NCBI GenBank assembly: GCA_024405755.1
Contig: JAKSOD010000001.1
Span: 8,752-72,751 of the forward strand
Source of the DNA: Clostridia bacterium
Lineage (GTDB): Bacteria > Bacillota > Clostridia > Oscillospirales > CAG-272
DNA length: 64,000 nucleotides
Reading direction: 5' to 3'
The notes below the pieces were generated by a model that worked only from the letters and a program-made list of their open reading frames with translations, ran no database searches and was not told the DNA's origin. Position 1 is the first letter of the stretch, and every line of letters begins with the position of its first letter. A program made the position numbers and the translations under genes. Below, one piece after another: positions 15,713 through 24,103 of this stretch.

Positions 15713-15772
15713 TCAAGGAACTCCGAAGAGGTTTTTGAGTCTCTCGGAGAACCCCTTCACTTGATACGCCAT
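15713..15772 (-). pseudogene. 19-codon remnant resembling an XRE-family HTH N-terminus
   Basis: MAYQVKGFSERLKNLFGVP*. The 'F.ERLK.L' pattern is typical of XRE regulators, and a GGGGAGGA sits ~30 nt upstream. Very short, so weak. Confidence 0.2.
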
Positions 15773-15837
15773 TTCAGAGGGCAAAAAAACAGTGTCCTCC
15801 CCAAAAAAATTTTGAAAATTTTTGAGAAAACAAAAAA

Positions 15838-15884
15838 GAGCCAATCTGCATCACTGGGATTACAGATTGGCTCAATACTTTTTT
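15838..15884. terminator. Bidirectional rho-independent terminator
   Basis: Perfect 11-bp stem GAGCCAATCTG(15838-48)/CAGATTGGCTC(15863-73), flanked by an A-run upstream and TACTTTTTTCC downstream. Confidence 0.7.
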
Positions 15885-15997
15885 CCTTATTAAATATAAT
15901 TACATCGTTTATGTGTTTAGCGGATTTCGTTAGTTTCATGCGTCTATAATTTCAGCATTGTTACGGAATAGCAATGGCGGCATAGACGATGCACCAC

Positions 15998-16402
15998 CAA
16001 AATTAGCAAGGTGGTAGAGAGGGTGCCTGTTTTAGCGATTAGCAAAACGCCATTTTCAATTAGCAAAAAATCGAATTTTGCTAATTGCGATTAGCACGAA
16101 ATCACGAAATCGTTATCAGAGATAAAGAAAAACACGGGAAATCGAAAATCGAAATTCCGTGATAATAGGTGGCGTCCCCGGGCGGATTCGAACCGCCGGC
16201 CTTTCGCTTAGGAGGCGAACGCTCTATCCTGCTGAGCTACGGAGACATTTATGAAAAAATGCAGTATTTACAAGGGTTTTTGGCTTTTTGCGTTCTGCAT
16301 TTTTTGTTTGTTCAGTGCGCTTTGATTAACTAATTGACGATTTTGCTAATCGTTTTTCCTGTTTTTGAGTAACAGGGCGCGAGTGCCCGAAATTAGCAAA
16401 TC
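15998..16402. repeat. Cluster of ATTAGCAA 8-mers (both orientations) flanking tRNA-Arg
   Basis: Perfect forward copies at 16002, 16038, 16059 and 16392. Perfect inverted copies at 16078 and 16343. A 7/8 copy at 16090. Also tandem ACGAAATC x2 (16095-16112) and GAAATC-like x3 (16137-16160). Confidence 0.6.
16170..16246 (-). tRNA. tRNA-Arg (anticodon CCT)
   Basis: Reverse complement is GTCTCCGTAGCTCAGCAGGATAGAGCGTTCGCCTCCTAAGCGAAAGGCCGGCGGTTCGAATCCGCCCGGGGACGCCA. It folds as a cloverleaf with anticodon loop CUCCUAA, a TTCGAATC T-loop and an encoded CCA. Confidence 0.9.
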
Positions 16403-16486
16403 CATCAAAACCTATGGCATCCACAACTCGGTTAGAACTGTGAGCCGTTTTTGCGGCTTTAAGTTTGGGGATAGACGCGCCATTAC

Positions 16487-16526
16487 CTTAGGAGGCGAAA
16501 GCTCTATCCTGCTGAGCTACGGAAAC
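16487..16526 (-). pseudogene. Partial duplicate of tRNA-Arg(CCT): 5' acceptor, D arm and anticodon stem-loop only
   Basis: 38/40 identical to 16207-16246. Identity ends exactly after CTCCTAAG, the anticodon loop, then the sequence is unrelated. Confidence 0.8.
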
Positions 16527-16611
16527 ATATTTACTGTGATATATTATACTACGTTCTCCCTGAAATTTCAAGTACCGAATGAGAGAAAGATAAACTTTTT
16601 ATCAAAGTCAT

Positions 16612-16640
16612 CCCGCCCGATCCGAGAGGGACCGGGCAGG
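16612..16640 (-). terminator. Probable terminator of the pot operon
   Basis: 11-bp GC-rich stem CCTGCCCGGTC/GATCGGGCGGG (2 G:U pairs) located 20 nt after the potD stop. The T-tract is weak. Confidence 0.45.
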
Positions 16641-16660
16641 ACAGATTAATCATTTTTTGA

Positions 16661-17944
16661 TTATTTCTTGTTTTTTTTCTTCTTCTTGTCGTCTTCTTCA
16701 TCTTTGTCATCATCGTAGAGGTCATCATATCCGGAACGTTTTTTCTTGCGGATGACCAGAACGGTAATTACAGCGGCAAGTACAACAACGAGAATTGCGC
16801 AGAAGAGGAACACACCTCCGCCGACGGAACTTTCGACTTTGAGTTCTTCCCAAAGGGAGTTCATAAGAGCTTGGGTATCGGAATCAAGTTTAGCGTAGGA
16901 AGAAGTTTTAACTTCTGACGCGCGGGTGTAAAGGATATCATATGCGTCGGGATGAAGTTCGGCAAGATATTCCTTGTATTCTTCATTGTCCCTGACCTGT
17001 GTGTTGGGAGAAGCATAGCAGATGTATTCGGCGTTTGCAACGGCGGGTTCTTCGGAGAGCATGAAGTTGATGTATGCTTCTGCGAGATCCTTGTTGGCTG
17101 ATCCTTTGGGAATGCACATAGCATCAATGAAGATGTTTGTTCCCTCTGTGGGATAGTAGAATGCAAGTTTGTCGTTGTCGGCATACATGGTGAAGAAGTC
17201 ACCGGCATAATAGGGGGCAATAGCTGCCGAACCGCTCTTCATCTTATTGAAGATCTCGTCCATTACGTAACTCTGGACGTACTGTTTCTGATTTTTTAAA
17301 GAATCAAGAGCTTTCTGCCATTCTTCGGCGGAAGTGGTGTTCACGTCGATGCCGAGTTTATACATTGCAGTTCCGAAGGCATCACGGGGATTATTGAAGT
17401 TGAGGATCTGTCCGGAGTAATCGGGGTCCCAGAGGAGACTCCAGCTGGACTGATCTGTGGGGACTTTTTCTGTATTGTAAATGACACCGACCATACCGTA
17501 AGTGTAGGGAACGGAATATTCATGATTGGGATCATACTTGTTTATGGAGGACTCGGAGTCCTTGAATTCGTCTGCAATATACACATAATTGGGAATATTG
17601 TTGAAATCAAGTTTTTCAAGCATATCCTCGGAGATCATCTGCTGGATCATATAATCGGAGGGAACAACAACGTCGTAACTGACGGCTCCGCTTTTGAGTT
17701 TTGCGTACATATCCTCGCACGATGCAAAAGTTGTGTAATTAACTTTTATCTTTTCGTTGTAGGTTTTAAGATACCATTCCTCGAACGCTTTATTAACGTC
17801 AAGAGAATCGTCGGCTCCATCGGAGATGTACTGCCCCCAGTTGTATACGTTGAGGGTGCGGACGGATCCGCATGAGGCGGATGAGAACAGAACGAGTGCG
17901 ACAGTTACAATGGCAAGAGCAAAAGAGATTATTCTTTTTTTCAT
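16661..17944 (-). CDS. potD: Spermidine/putrescine ABC transporter substrate-binding lipoprotein with an extra C-terminal TM anchor and charged tail
   Basis: Lipobox 'FSSASC'. PotD-like body (..VPSDYMIQQM.., ..YAGDFF..). C-terminal 'GGGVFLFCAILVVVLAAVITVLVIRKKKRSGYDDLYDDDKDEEDDKKKKKNKK'. Last gene of potABCD. Confidence 0.8.
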   Translation of the reverse strand: MKKRIISFALAIVTVALVLFSSASCGSVRTLNVYNWGQYISDGADDSLDVNKAFEEWYLKTYNEKIKVNYTTFASCEDMYAKLKSGAVSYDVVVPSDYMIQQMISEDMLEKLDFNNIPNYVYIADEFKDSESSINKYDPNHEYSVPYTYGMVGVIYNTEKVPTDQSSWSLLWDPDYSGQILNFNNPRDAFGTAMYKLGIDVNTTSAEEWQKALDSLKNQKQYVQSYVMDEIFNKMKSGSAAIAPYYAGDFFTMYADNDKLAFYYPTEGTNIFIDAMCIPKGSANKDLAEAYINFMLSEEPAVANAEYICYASPNTQVRDNEEYKEYLAELHPDAYDILYTRASEVKTSSYAKLDSDTQALMNSLWEELKVESSVGGGVFLFCAILVVVLAAVITVLVIRKKKRSGYDDLYDDDKDEEDDKKKKKNKK

Positions 17945-18793
17945 TTAAATATTTTCCTTTCCGTTTAATTTGTCTTTGCCTTTCCTTAATGAACCCGCAT
18001 TGCTCTGATTGCTGCGGCTGCTCATGACGTTTGAAAGGATCAGCAGTGAGATGATCGCTATTATTATGAGCGTAGAAAGCGCATAAATATTAGGCTTGAC
18101 CTCTTTTTTCGTAAGAGAATAAATGAGGATCGGCAGAGTTTCGAAATCACTTCCGGAAGTGAAGTAACTGATCACGAAGTCATCAAGAGAGAGGGTGAAC
18201 GCCATTATTGCGCCGGCAATAATGCTGGGCATCATAAACGGAAGTTCGACTTTGAAGAAAGACTGAACGGGAGTACATCCGAGGTCTCTGGCAGCTTCGG
18301 GAAGATTTCTGTCCATCTGACGGAGTCTCGGAGTGATGTTCAACAGTACGTAAGGAATATTGAAAGTAATGTGGGCGATAAGCAGAGTAAAGAAATTCAG
18401 TTTATCAGCTGTAGCTCCGACGAGATTCCCGAAGAATGCAAAGAGAAGCATCATTGAAACACCGGTCACAATATCGGGATTCATCATGGGAATGTTGGTA
18501 ACTGAATTGATCACTCCGCGTATTTTGGCAGAGCGCATTCTGTCAAGTCCGACAGCAGCTCCGGTAGCGATTACGGTGGAGATAAGAGAGGATGATACGG
18601 CAAGAATCAGCGTGTTGCGCAGAGCGGTGAACACCCTTGCATCCTTGAAAAGTTCACCGTACCATTGAAATGAAAAACCGGAGAAGACTCCCGTGCTTGC
18701 GGTGCTATTAAAAGAGAACAGCATAAGCACGAGGATCGGTATATACAGTATCGCAAATACAATGGCGATATATGAGCGGGAAAGAATTTTCAT
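17945..18793 (-). CDS. potC: Spermidine/putrescine ABC transporter permease
   Basis: Polytopic protein with the EAA-loop-like motif 'LPEAARDLGCTPVQSFFKVELP'. Operon position matches potC. Confidence 0.85.
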   Translation of the reverse strand: MKILSRSYIAIVFAILYIPILVLMLFSFNSTASTGVFSGFSFQWYGELFKDARVFTALRNTLILAVSSSLISTVIATGAAVGLDRMRSAKIRGVINSVTNIPMMNPDIVTGVSMMLLFAFFGNLVGATADKLNFFTLLIAHITFNIPYVLLNITPRLRQMDRNLPEAARDLGCTPVQSFFKVELPFMMPSIIAGAIMAFTLSLDDFVISYFTSGSDFETLPILIYSLTKKEVKPNIYALSTLIIIAIISLLILSNVMSSRSNQSNAGSLRKGKDKLNGKENI

Positions 18794-19635
18794 ACGATTA
18801 TACCTCCTCCCGCGCCGTTTCCGTCAGCCTCGTCTGTAAAGCGGTTCATGACCGCAATGGAAACGAGAATAAGCAGCATCATAACAAGAGAGATTGCCGC
18901 GCCGACATTATATGTGTCCGGGCGTTGGAACTGACGTTCGATAGCGTCGCCTATCAGATCGAAAGTACCTCCGCCGAGCTTCTGTGAAATATAGAATGTG
19001 CTGATAGATGGAACGAAAACCATAGTAATACCCGAAACAATGCCGGGAATGCTGAGCGGAAGAATTACCTTCATAATAACCTGCCGTCCGTTGCAGCCAA
19101 GGTCTTCCGCCGCTTCAATAAGGCGAGAGTCGAGTTTTGACATAACGGAATAGATAGGCAGCAGCATATAGGGAAAGAAATTGTAAACCATGCCGAAGAT
19201 CACGGCACCGGGAGTACCGAGGATCCTGACTTTTGAAAGACCGATCGCTTCAAGTGCCTTGTTGAGAAAGCCTTCGTTGTCAAGAATCGCCATCATTGAG
19301 TAGGTGCGGATAAGCAGATTCATCCACATGGGAAGCATGGCAAGCATAATAAGGATCTTTTGCGAACGGGGGGAGAGTTTGCAGATGCAGTAAGCGAGCG
19401 GGTAAGCCACGAGCAGACAGAGGATAGTGGCTATAAAGGCAAAACACACGGAAAGTGCAAATGTTCCGGCGTAATTTCCGAGTCCGGTGATATTGGAAAA
19501 AGTGAAATGCCCCGACGCGTCGGTAAACGCGTAGTAGCAGACAAAGATCAGCGGGGCGACGATAAAGAGAACCGACCACACCACGTGCGGAGCGGCTGCG
19601 GCGGAGCGCAGAAGACCGTCAGAACGCTTTTTCAT
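18790..19635 (-). CDS. potB: Spermidine/putrescine ABC transporter permease
   Basis: 'LIEAAEDLGCNGRQVIMKVILPLSIPG' EAA loop. Its stop overlaps the potC start by 4 nt and its start overlaps the potA stop by 1 nt. Confidence 0.85.
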   Translation of the reverse strand: MKKRSDGLLRSAAAAPHVVWSVLFIVAPLIFVCYYAFTDASGHFTFSNITGLGNYAGTFALSVCFAFIATILCLLVAYPLAYCICKLSPRSQKILIMLAMLPMWMNLLIRTYSMMAILDNEGFLNKALEAIGLSKVRILGTPGAVIFGMVYNFFPYMLLPIYSVMSKLDSRLIEAAEDLGCNGRQVIMKVILPLSIPGIVSGITMVFVPSISTFYISQKLGGGTFDLIGDAIERQFQRPDTYNVGAAISLVMMLLILVSIAVMNRFTDEADGNGAGGGIIV

Positions 19636-20756
19636 TATTTCTCCTCCTCGGGGAGTTCGGAAAGGTGCTCCAACTCGTCGCTGAAAGAGGAATAATCGCC
19701 GTATTTACCGGAGAATTCAGATTTTTTCATTACCTGGATTTCATAAGGGTCGATGGAAATACCGATCGTTGCGCCGACGGCAACTCTGTCGGTCGTTTCT
19801 ATCATCCATTTGAAATTGTCAATGTCAACGATGATCTCGTAATAGTCACCCTTGAAAGTAACGGATGTGACTTTTCCGGTGAGCATGCTTTCGGAAACGG
19901 GAACAATGTCAATGTCCTCGGGACGCACAACGACGTCGACAGGCTCGTTCTTTTCAAATCCCTTGTCTTCGCATTTGAACTTTTGTCCTGCAAATGAAAC
20001 CATATAGTCTTCGAGCATAATGCCGCTTACAATATTGGATTCTCCGATAAAATCGGCAACAAAAGCATTGACGGGCTCGTTGTATATTTTTTCCGGAGTG
20101 CCTATCTGCTGGATTCTTCCTTCCGCCATAACTACTACGGTGTCGGACATAGAGAGTGCTTCTTCCTGATCGTGAGTAACGTATATGAATGTAATTCCGG
20201 TCTGTCGCTGCATCCGTTTGAGTTCAACCTGCATATCCTTGCGGAGTTTAAGGTCGAGTGCGCCGAGCGGCTCATCAAGAAGGAGAATTTCAGGTTTGTT
20301 GATAAGTGCGCGGGCAATGGCGACGCGCTGCTGCTGACCTCCGGAGAGATTGTTCACGCTTCGGCGTTCAAAACCTTTGAGGTTAACCATTTTGAGCATT
20401 TCTTTGACGCGCGAGCGTATTTCTTTTTCGGGTGTTTTTTTAAGGCGCAGACCGAAAGCGATGTTTTCAAAGACGTTGAGATGAGGGAAAAGGGCGTACC
20501 GTTGAAAAACGGTGTTGATCGGTCGCTTGTGAGGGGGCATATCATTGATGCGTTTGCCGTCAAAGATAACGTCACCCTCGTCAGGGGAAACGAAGCCGCC
20601 GATAATGCGGAGTGTTGTGGTCTTTCCACAGCCGGAAGGACCGAGGAGAGTTATGAACTCTTCCTTGTGGATGTCGAGGTCGATAGACCGCAGTACCTGC
20701 TCGCAGTCGAAGGACTTGGAGACAGAGCGGAGTTCGATAAGCTTTTCGTTGTTCAT
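19635..20756 (-). CDS. potA: Spermidine/putrescine ABC transporter ATP-binding protein
   Basis: Walker A 'GPSGCGKTT', signature 'LSGGQQQR', Walker B 'ILLLDEP', and a TOBE-like C-terminal domain. Start taken at MNNEKLIEL. Confidence 0.9.
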   Translation of the reverse strand: MNNEKLIELRSVSKSFDCEQVLRSIDLDIHKEEFITLLGPSGCGKTTTLRIIGGFVSPDEGDVIFDGKRINDMPPHKRPINTVFQRYALFPHLNVFENIAFGLRLKKTPEKEIRSRVKEMLKMVNLKGFERRSVNNLSGGQQQRVAIARALINKPEILLLDEPLGALDLKLRKDMQVELKRMQRQTGITFIYVTHDQEEALSMSDTVVVMAEGRIQQIGTPEKIYNEPVNAFVADFIGESNIVSGIMLEDYMVSFAGQKFKCEDKGFEKNEPVDVVVRPEDIDIVPVSESMLTGKVTSVTFKGDYYEIIVDIDNFKWMIETTDRVAVGATIGISIDPYEIQVMKKSEFSGKYGDYSSFSDELEHLSELPEEEK

Positions 20757-20806
20757 TCCGTACAATTCCTTTGTGCATAAAATTACGGAAGGGTCTATGT
20801 CACACA

Positions 20807-20859
20807 CCGGAAAAAAGCGCAAATCCGTCCACTGACGCGATATAACGTCGAGCGGACGG
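20807..20859 (-). promoter_or_regulatory. Terminator-like hairpin inside the potA 5' leader (possible attenuator)
   Basis: Minus strand has the 9-bp stem CCGTCCGCT..AGTGGACGG followed by ATTTGCGCTTTTTTCC. It lies between the promoter (20905-33) and the potA start. Confidence 0.4.
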
Positions 20860-20904
20860 GCAAAAAAAGCCGGGTGTACTTACGTACCGCAGTTTCCGAC
20901 CAAT

Positions 20905-20933
20905 ATTTTAGCAGAAACTTGCGAAAAATGCAA
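20905..20933 (-). promoter_or_regulatory. Probable potABCD promoter
   Basis: Minus strand reads TTGCAT (20933-28), 17 nt, TAAAAT (20910-05). Confidence 0.55.
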
Positions 20934-21048
20934 TAGATTTTTGAAATATCTTGAAAAAACCTTGACTTTTTCTTGATTTTTTGAAAGGATCGCACGAAAA
21001 TCTTTCATTTCTTCCGTTTTCTTGCTTAAATCTCGTTTTTCCGTTGCC

Positions 21049-21672
21049 TTATGTACTGTCAGAACGGGCAAAAATACGTCTGAAAACAGAAAGCGTAAAA
21101 ATAAAAAGCGACAGTGACGTACCGAATTTCATAAGGAGATAGACTGAGAGCATCCATAAGATTATGACGGAGAAGAACGAGCCGATATCGAGTGCCTTAG
21201 AAGCAGCAGCCGGACCGAAGAGACTTCCCGTAATACAGCAGAGCATTCTTCCTCCGTCAAAGCCGTCGACGGGAAGAAGATTGATTGCAGCGAGCATGAC
21301 CGACACAGTACAGAAATTAACAGCCCATTGAGAAAGTTCACCGTCGGAACGGAATAAGGCGGACGCTGCCCACGCGCTTAACAGGTTCACGGCTGGTCCT
21401 GCGGCGCAGAGAAGCCATTCATTCCGGTAAGAAATAAGCGCACCGCGAACTCTTATGGTTGCACCGAGCGGACCGATATCGAGCGAGCGGAGTCTGATCC
21501 CGAGCAAAAGAGCGGCAGCAAGATGACCGCACTCGTGCAGTCCTGCGGCGAGAAGGGAAGTCAGTGCCATGTCTGCCGGCTGCAGGATCAGCATTGCGGT
21601 GATGAACATTGCCGGGACAAGGCCGACGCGCAGGAATCCTCCGTTACGCTTACGATTATGTTTTTTTGGCAA
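21049..21672 (-). CDS. M50-family site-2 metalloprotease (SpoIVFB-like)
   Basis: Polytopic protein with 'GLHECGHLAAA' (HExxH inside a TM segment) and a later 'NLLPVDGFDGGR' motif. Confidence 0.8.
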   Translation of the reverse strand: MPKKHNRKRNGGFLRVGLVPAMFITAMLILQPADMALTSLLAAGLHECGHLAAALLLGIRLRSLDIGPLGATIRVRGALISYRNEWLLCAAGPAVNLLSAWAASALFRSDGELSQWAVNFCTVSVMLAAINLLPVDGFDGGRMLCCITGSLFGPAAASKALDIGSFFSVIILWMLSVYLLMKFGTSLSLFIFTLSVFRRIFARSDST

Positions 21673-21942
21673 AAGTTCACCTCCGTTACGCTTTCAGGAA
21701 CACGTTTTTACTTGAAATAGCATAATGCTTGTGATATAATGTTTATAGAAGTGTTTCGGAAATATCGCTACATTATTTTATAATAAAAGGACTGTCCGTA
21801 TGACGGAAGATGGTTTGAAAAACAAATCGTTTTTTAAACCGCATTTGTTCCTTTCAAATCATATATCAAACCTTGTTTTTTCTTTGCGATGCAAAGAAAA
21901 ACGGCACAAATGCGCGATCGAAAGAAAGGATTTGTCATAAAA

Positions 21943-22599
21943 ATGAAACTTACAGACGCCGAATGGATTTTTTTTGATCTCGGGTCGACTCTCGTTGACG
22001 AGACGGAAGCACATAATATCCGTGCAGAAGCAGCTCTGTCCTTACTTGAAGAAGAAACTGGGAAGAAGCATACACTTGAAGAGTTCAACGAACTTGCTTA
22101 CCGATTCGGAACTGAAGGAAGGAAGGCACCGTCACCCTCTGCGCTGCGTTATCTCGGAGTCAAAAAATTCGATAAATATAATAAGACGTTTGAAATAGCT
22201 TACGAGAATTCTGCACCGGTACTTGCAAGGCTGCATAAAAAGTATAAGATCGGAATAATTGCAAATCAGAGCGGAGGTACGGTCAGACGTATGTTACGGA
22301 TGGGGATTCTTGACAATATTGATCTTGTCTATTCAAGTGCTGAAATGGGGATGAGCAAACCATCTGTCGAGTTCTTCCGTTCTGCACTGAAAGCGGCCGA
22401 GTGTTCTCCCGAACGGTCGGTAATGGTAGGAGACAGACTAGACAACGATATTTTTCCCGCAAAGAAAGCAGGAATGATGGCTGTAAGACTTCGTCAGGGA
22501 TTTTATCGCGGGATGGAGATTCCTGCCACAGAGGAGACTCCTGCTCCGGATGCCGATATCGGAGATTTATCCGATCTGCCGGATCTTTTCGGATGCTGA
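21943..22599 (+). CDS. HAD-superfamily hydrolase
   Basis: 'IFFDLGSTLVDE' (DxD-type motif I variant), 'SSAEMGMSKP', 'VMVGDRLDNDI'. Start taken at MKLTDAEW. Confidence 0.75.
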   Translation: MKLTDAEWIFFDLGSTLVDETEAHNIRAEAALSLLEEETGKKHTLEEFNELAYRFGTEGRKAPSPSALRYLGVKKFDKYNKTFEIAYENSAPVLARLHKKYKIGIIANQSGGTVRRMLRMGILDNIDLVYSSAEMGMSKPSVEFFRSALKAAECSPERSVMVGDRLDNDIFPAKKAGMMAVRLRQGFYRGMEIPATEETPAPDADIGDLSDLPDLFGC

Positions 22600-22636
22600 A
22601 AATCGGAAGATATCTAAAAAAATATTGCAAACAGCA

Positions 22637-22665
22637 TTGACAATCATATGAACGTGTGGTATAAT
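22637..22665 (+). promoter_or_regulatory. Consensus SigA promoter of the DUF1836-NfeD-flotillin operon
   Basis: TTGACA 22637-42, 17 nt, TGgTATAAT (TATAAT 22660-65). An ~80-nt leader follows with two hairpins. Confidence 0.7.
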
Positions 22666-22747
22666 GAACTTATGATAAGGCACAGTGCAGTGCCCGGAGT
22701 TTGCAGGATACGCAAACTGCTGTAAATATTAATGAAAGGAGAAAAAT

Positions 22748-23335
22748 ATGAATCTTCAAATAAATGAAGAGAATATTCCGGGTACAATTTTAAGACGTGA
22801 TGCCATGGGGGATGTTACCGGACTTGACTTTCTGAACAAGATATTTTTCATTTCGGATGGAATAATGCTGACGCAGATCAGAGAGATTTCCGGAATTGAC
22901 GGATCCACGCTTCAGAATTGGACCAAGCGCGGGTGGGTGGAAAACTCAAAACTCAAACGCTATAATATTGACCAGCTTGCGCATATTCTTATCATAAATA
23001 TGCTTCGTTCGTGTATGCAGTTGGATAAAATCGCTTTTCTTATCTCCTACATCAACGGCAGAGTATATGACCGTTCTGATGATATTATCAGGGACTCACA
23101 ATTATACGACTATATCTGCCGCATCCTTGACAGAATAATGGAGCATGGTGACGTTACCACGGATGCGCATACACTTCGTGAGTGTATAACAGATGTAACC
23201 TCTGACTATGTTGAAAAAATCAGCGGAGCCAGAAGAAGGCTTAATAATGCGCTGGAAGTGATAATTATAGCGTACTACGCATCTGTTATCAAGCAGCATT
23301 CGGATTTGATGGTGGATAGCCTTATGAACGGCTGA
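22748..23335 (+). CDS. DUF1836-family (MerR-like HTH) protein
   Basis: 'MLTQIREISGIDGSTLQNWTKRGWVENSKLKRYNIDQLAHILIINMLR' matches the DUF1836 signature as I remember it. Confidence 0.65.
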   Translation: MNLQINEENIPGTILRRDAMGDVTGLDFLNKIFFISDGIMLTQIREISGIDGSTLQNWTKRGWVENSKLKRYNIDQLAHILIINMLRSCMQLDKIAFLISYINGRVYDRSDDIIRDSQLYDYICRILDRIMEHGDVTTDAHTLRECITDVTSDYVEKISGARRRLNNALEVIIIAYYASVIKQHSDLMVDSLMNG

Positions 23336-23395
23336 CATCCGGCGGCAAAAAACTGTCATACTCCATACTTTGAATTTCTTAGAAAGGAATAACAA

Positions 23396-24040
23396 ATGAT
23401 TACGTGGTGGAACAATCTGCAAACAGTACAGCAGATATTTGCACTTTTTGCAATACCTTCTACGCTTCTGCTGCTCATACAGACCGTTATGCTTCTTGTC
23501 GGATTCGGGCATGACGGAGATGCCGACACCGATACGGATCTTGATGCCGACGGCGTGGATCTTGACGGCGACGGTATTCCGGATCATACGGACGTTGACA
23601 TTTCCGGAGACGACGGATTATCGCTTTTCACCGTTCGAGGCATTCTTTCCATGCTGTGTATTACAGGTTGGACGGGAGTAGCATTGCTTGAAACCTCGCT
23701 TCCCTCATGGGCGGCTGTTCTGATAGCCATAGTATGCGGTCTTGTGACACTGTTCGTCATAGCATATCTGATGAAAGCAGCTTCAAAACTTCAATCCAAC
23801 GGAAATATTGATATGGGCAACTGTATCGGCAAAGTCGGTCAGGTTTATATTCCGATCCCGGCTTCCGGAAGCGGATCCGGGAAAGTTAACCTGACGATTC
23901 AGGAAAAATACTGCGAGTTTTCTGCGATTACTCTTTGTAATGAACAGTTACGGACCGGAGCGTATGTCCGCGTGACTTCCGTTAACGAAGCCGGTGTGCT
24001 TGTCGTCGAGCCTGTCGGCGAAATAATTAATAAAAAATAA
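23396..24040 (+). CDS. NfeD-family membrane protein (flotillin partner)
   Basis: TM segments plus the C-terminal OB-like 'GKVGQVYIPIPASGSGSGKVNLTIQEKYCEFSAIT..GAYVRVTSV'. It lies upstream of flotillin. Has an Asp-rich 'DLDADGVDLDGDGIPD' insert. Confidence 0.75.
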   Translation: MITWWNNLQTVQQIFALFAIPSTLLLLIQTVMLLVGFGHDGDADTDTDLDADGVDLDGDGIPDHTDVDISGDDGLSLFTVRGILSMLCITGWTGVALLETSLPSWAAVLIAIVCGLVTLFVIAYLMKAASKLQSNGNIDMGNCIGKVGQVYIPIPASGSGSGKVNLTIQEKYCEFSAITLCNEQLRTGAYVRVTSVNEAGVLVVEPVGEIINKK

Positions 24041-24103
24041 AGCCGAGCTCTTAACTCGACAAATAAAAAACCCCGAATCTGAGTTCAGGGCAGAGAGGCT
24101 TAA

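Larger units (their letters stand above)
3105..16526. mobile_element. Decayed integrative (ICE/prophage-like) genomic island at tRNA-Arg(CCT)
   Basis: Xis plus truncated Int at the left end. ParA, CHAP and XRE fragments, a full tRNA-Arg and a 40-nt duplicate of its 5' half at the right end. AT-richer by eye than the flanking pot and ribosomal genes. Several truncated or interrupted genes. Confidence 0.55.

Noticed and set aside
15998-16402. A CRISPR array
   Set aside because: The repeats are only 8 nt, occur in both orientations and have irregular spacing. There are no ~28-37-nt repeats or cas genes in the window.
16206-16526. A group I intron interrupting tRNA-Arg(CCU) at the anticodon loop, as known in some Proteobacteria
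   Set aside because: The sequence after the 5' half is AT-rich and lacks recognisable P3-P7 core or G-binding elements. It is followed by a complete tRNA (with its own 5' half) rather than a lone 3' exon.
16365-16649. A 94-aa plus-strand ORF
   Set aside because: It reads through the partial tRNA copy and the pot terminator, and it has no RBS. It is spurious.
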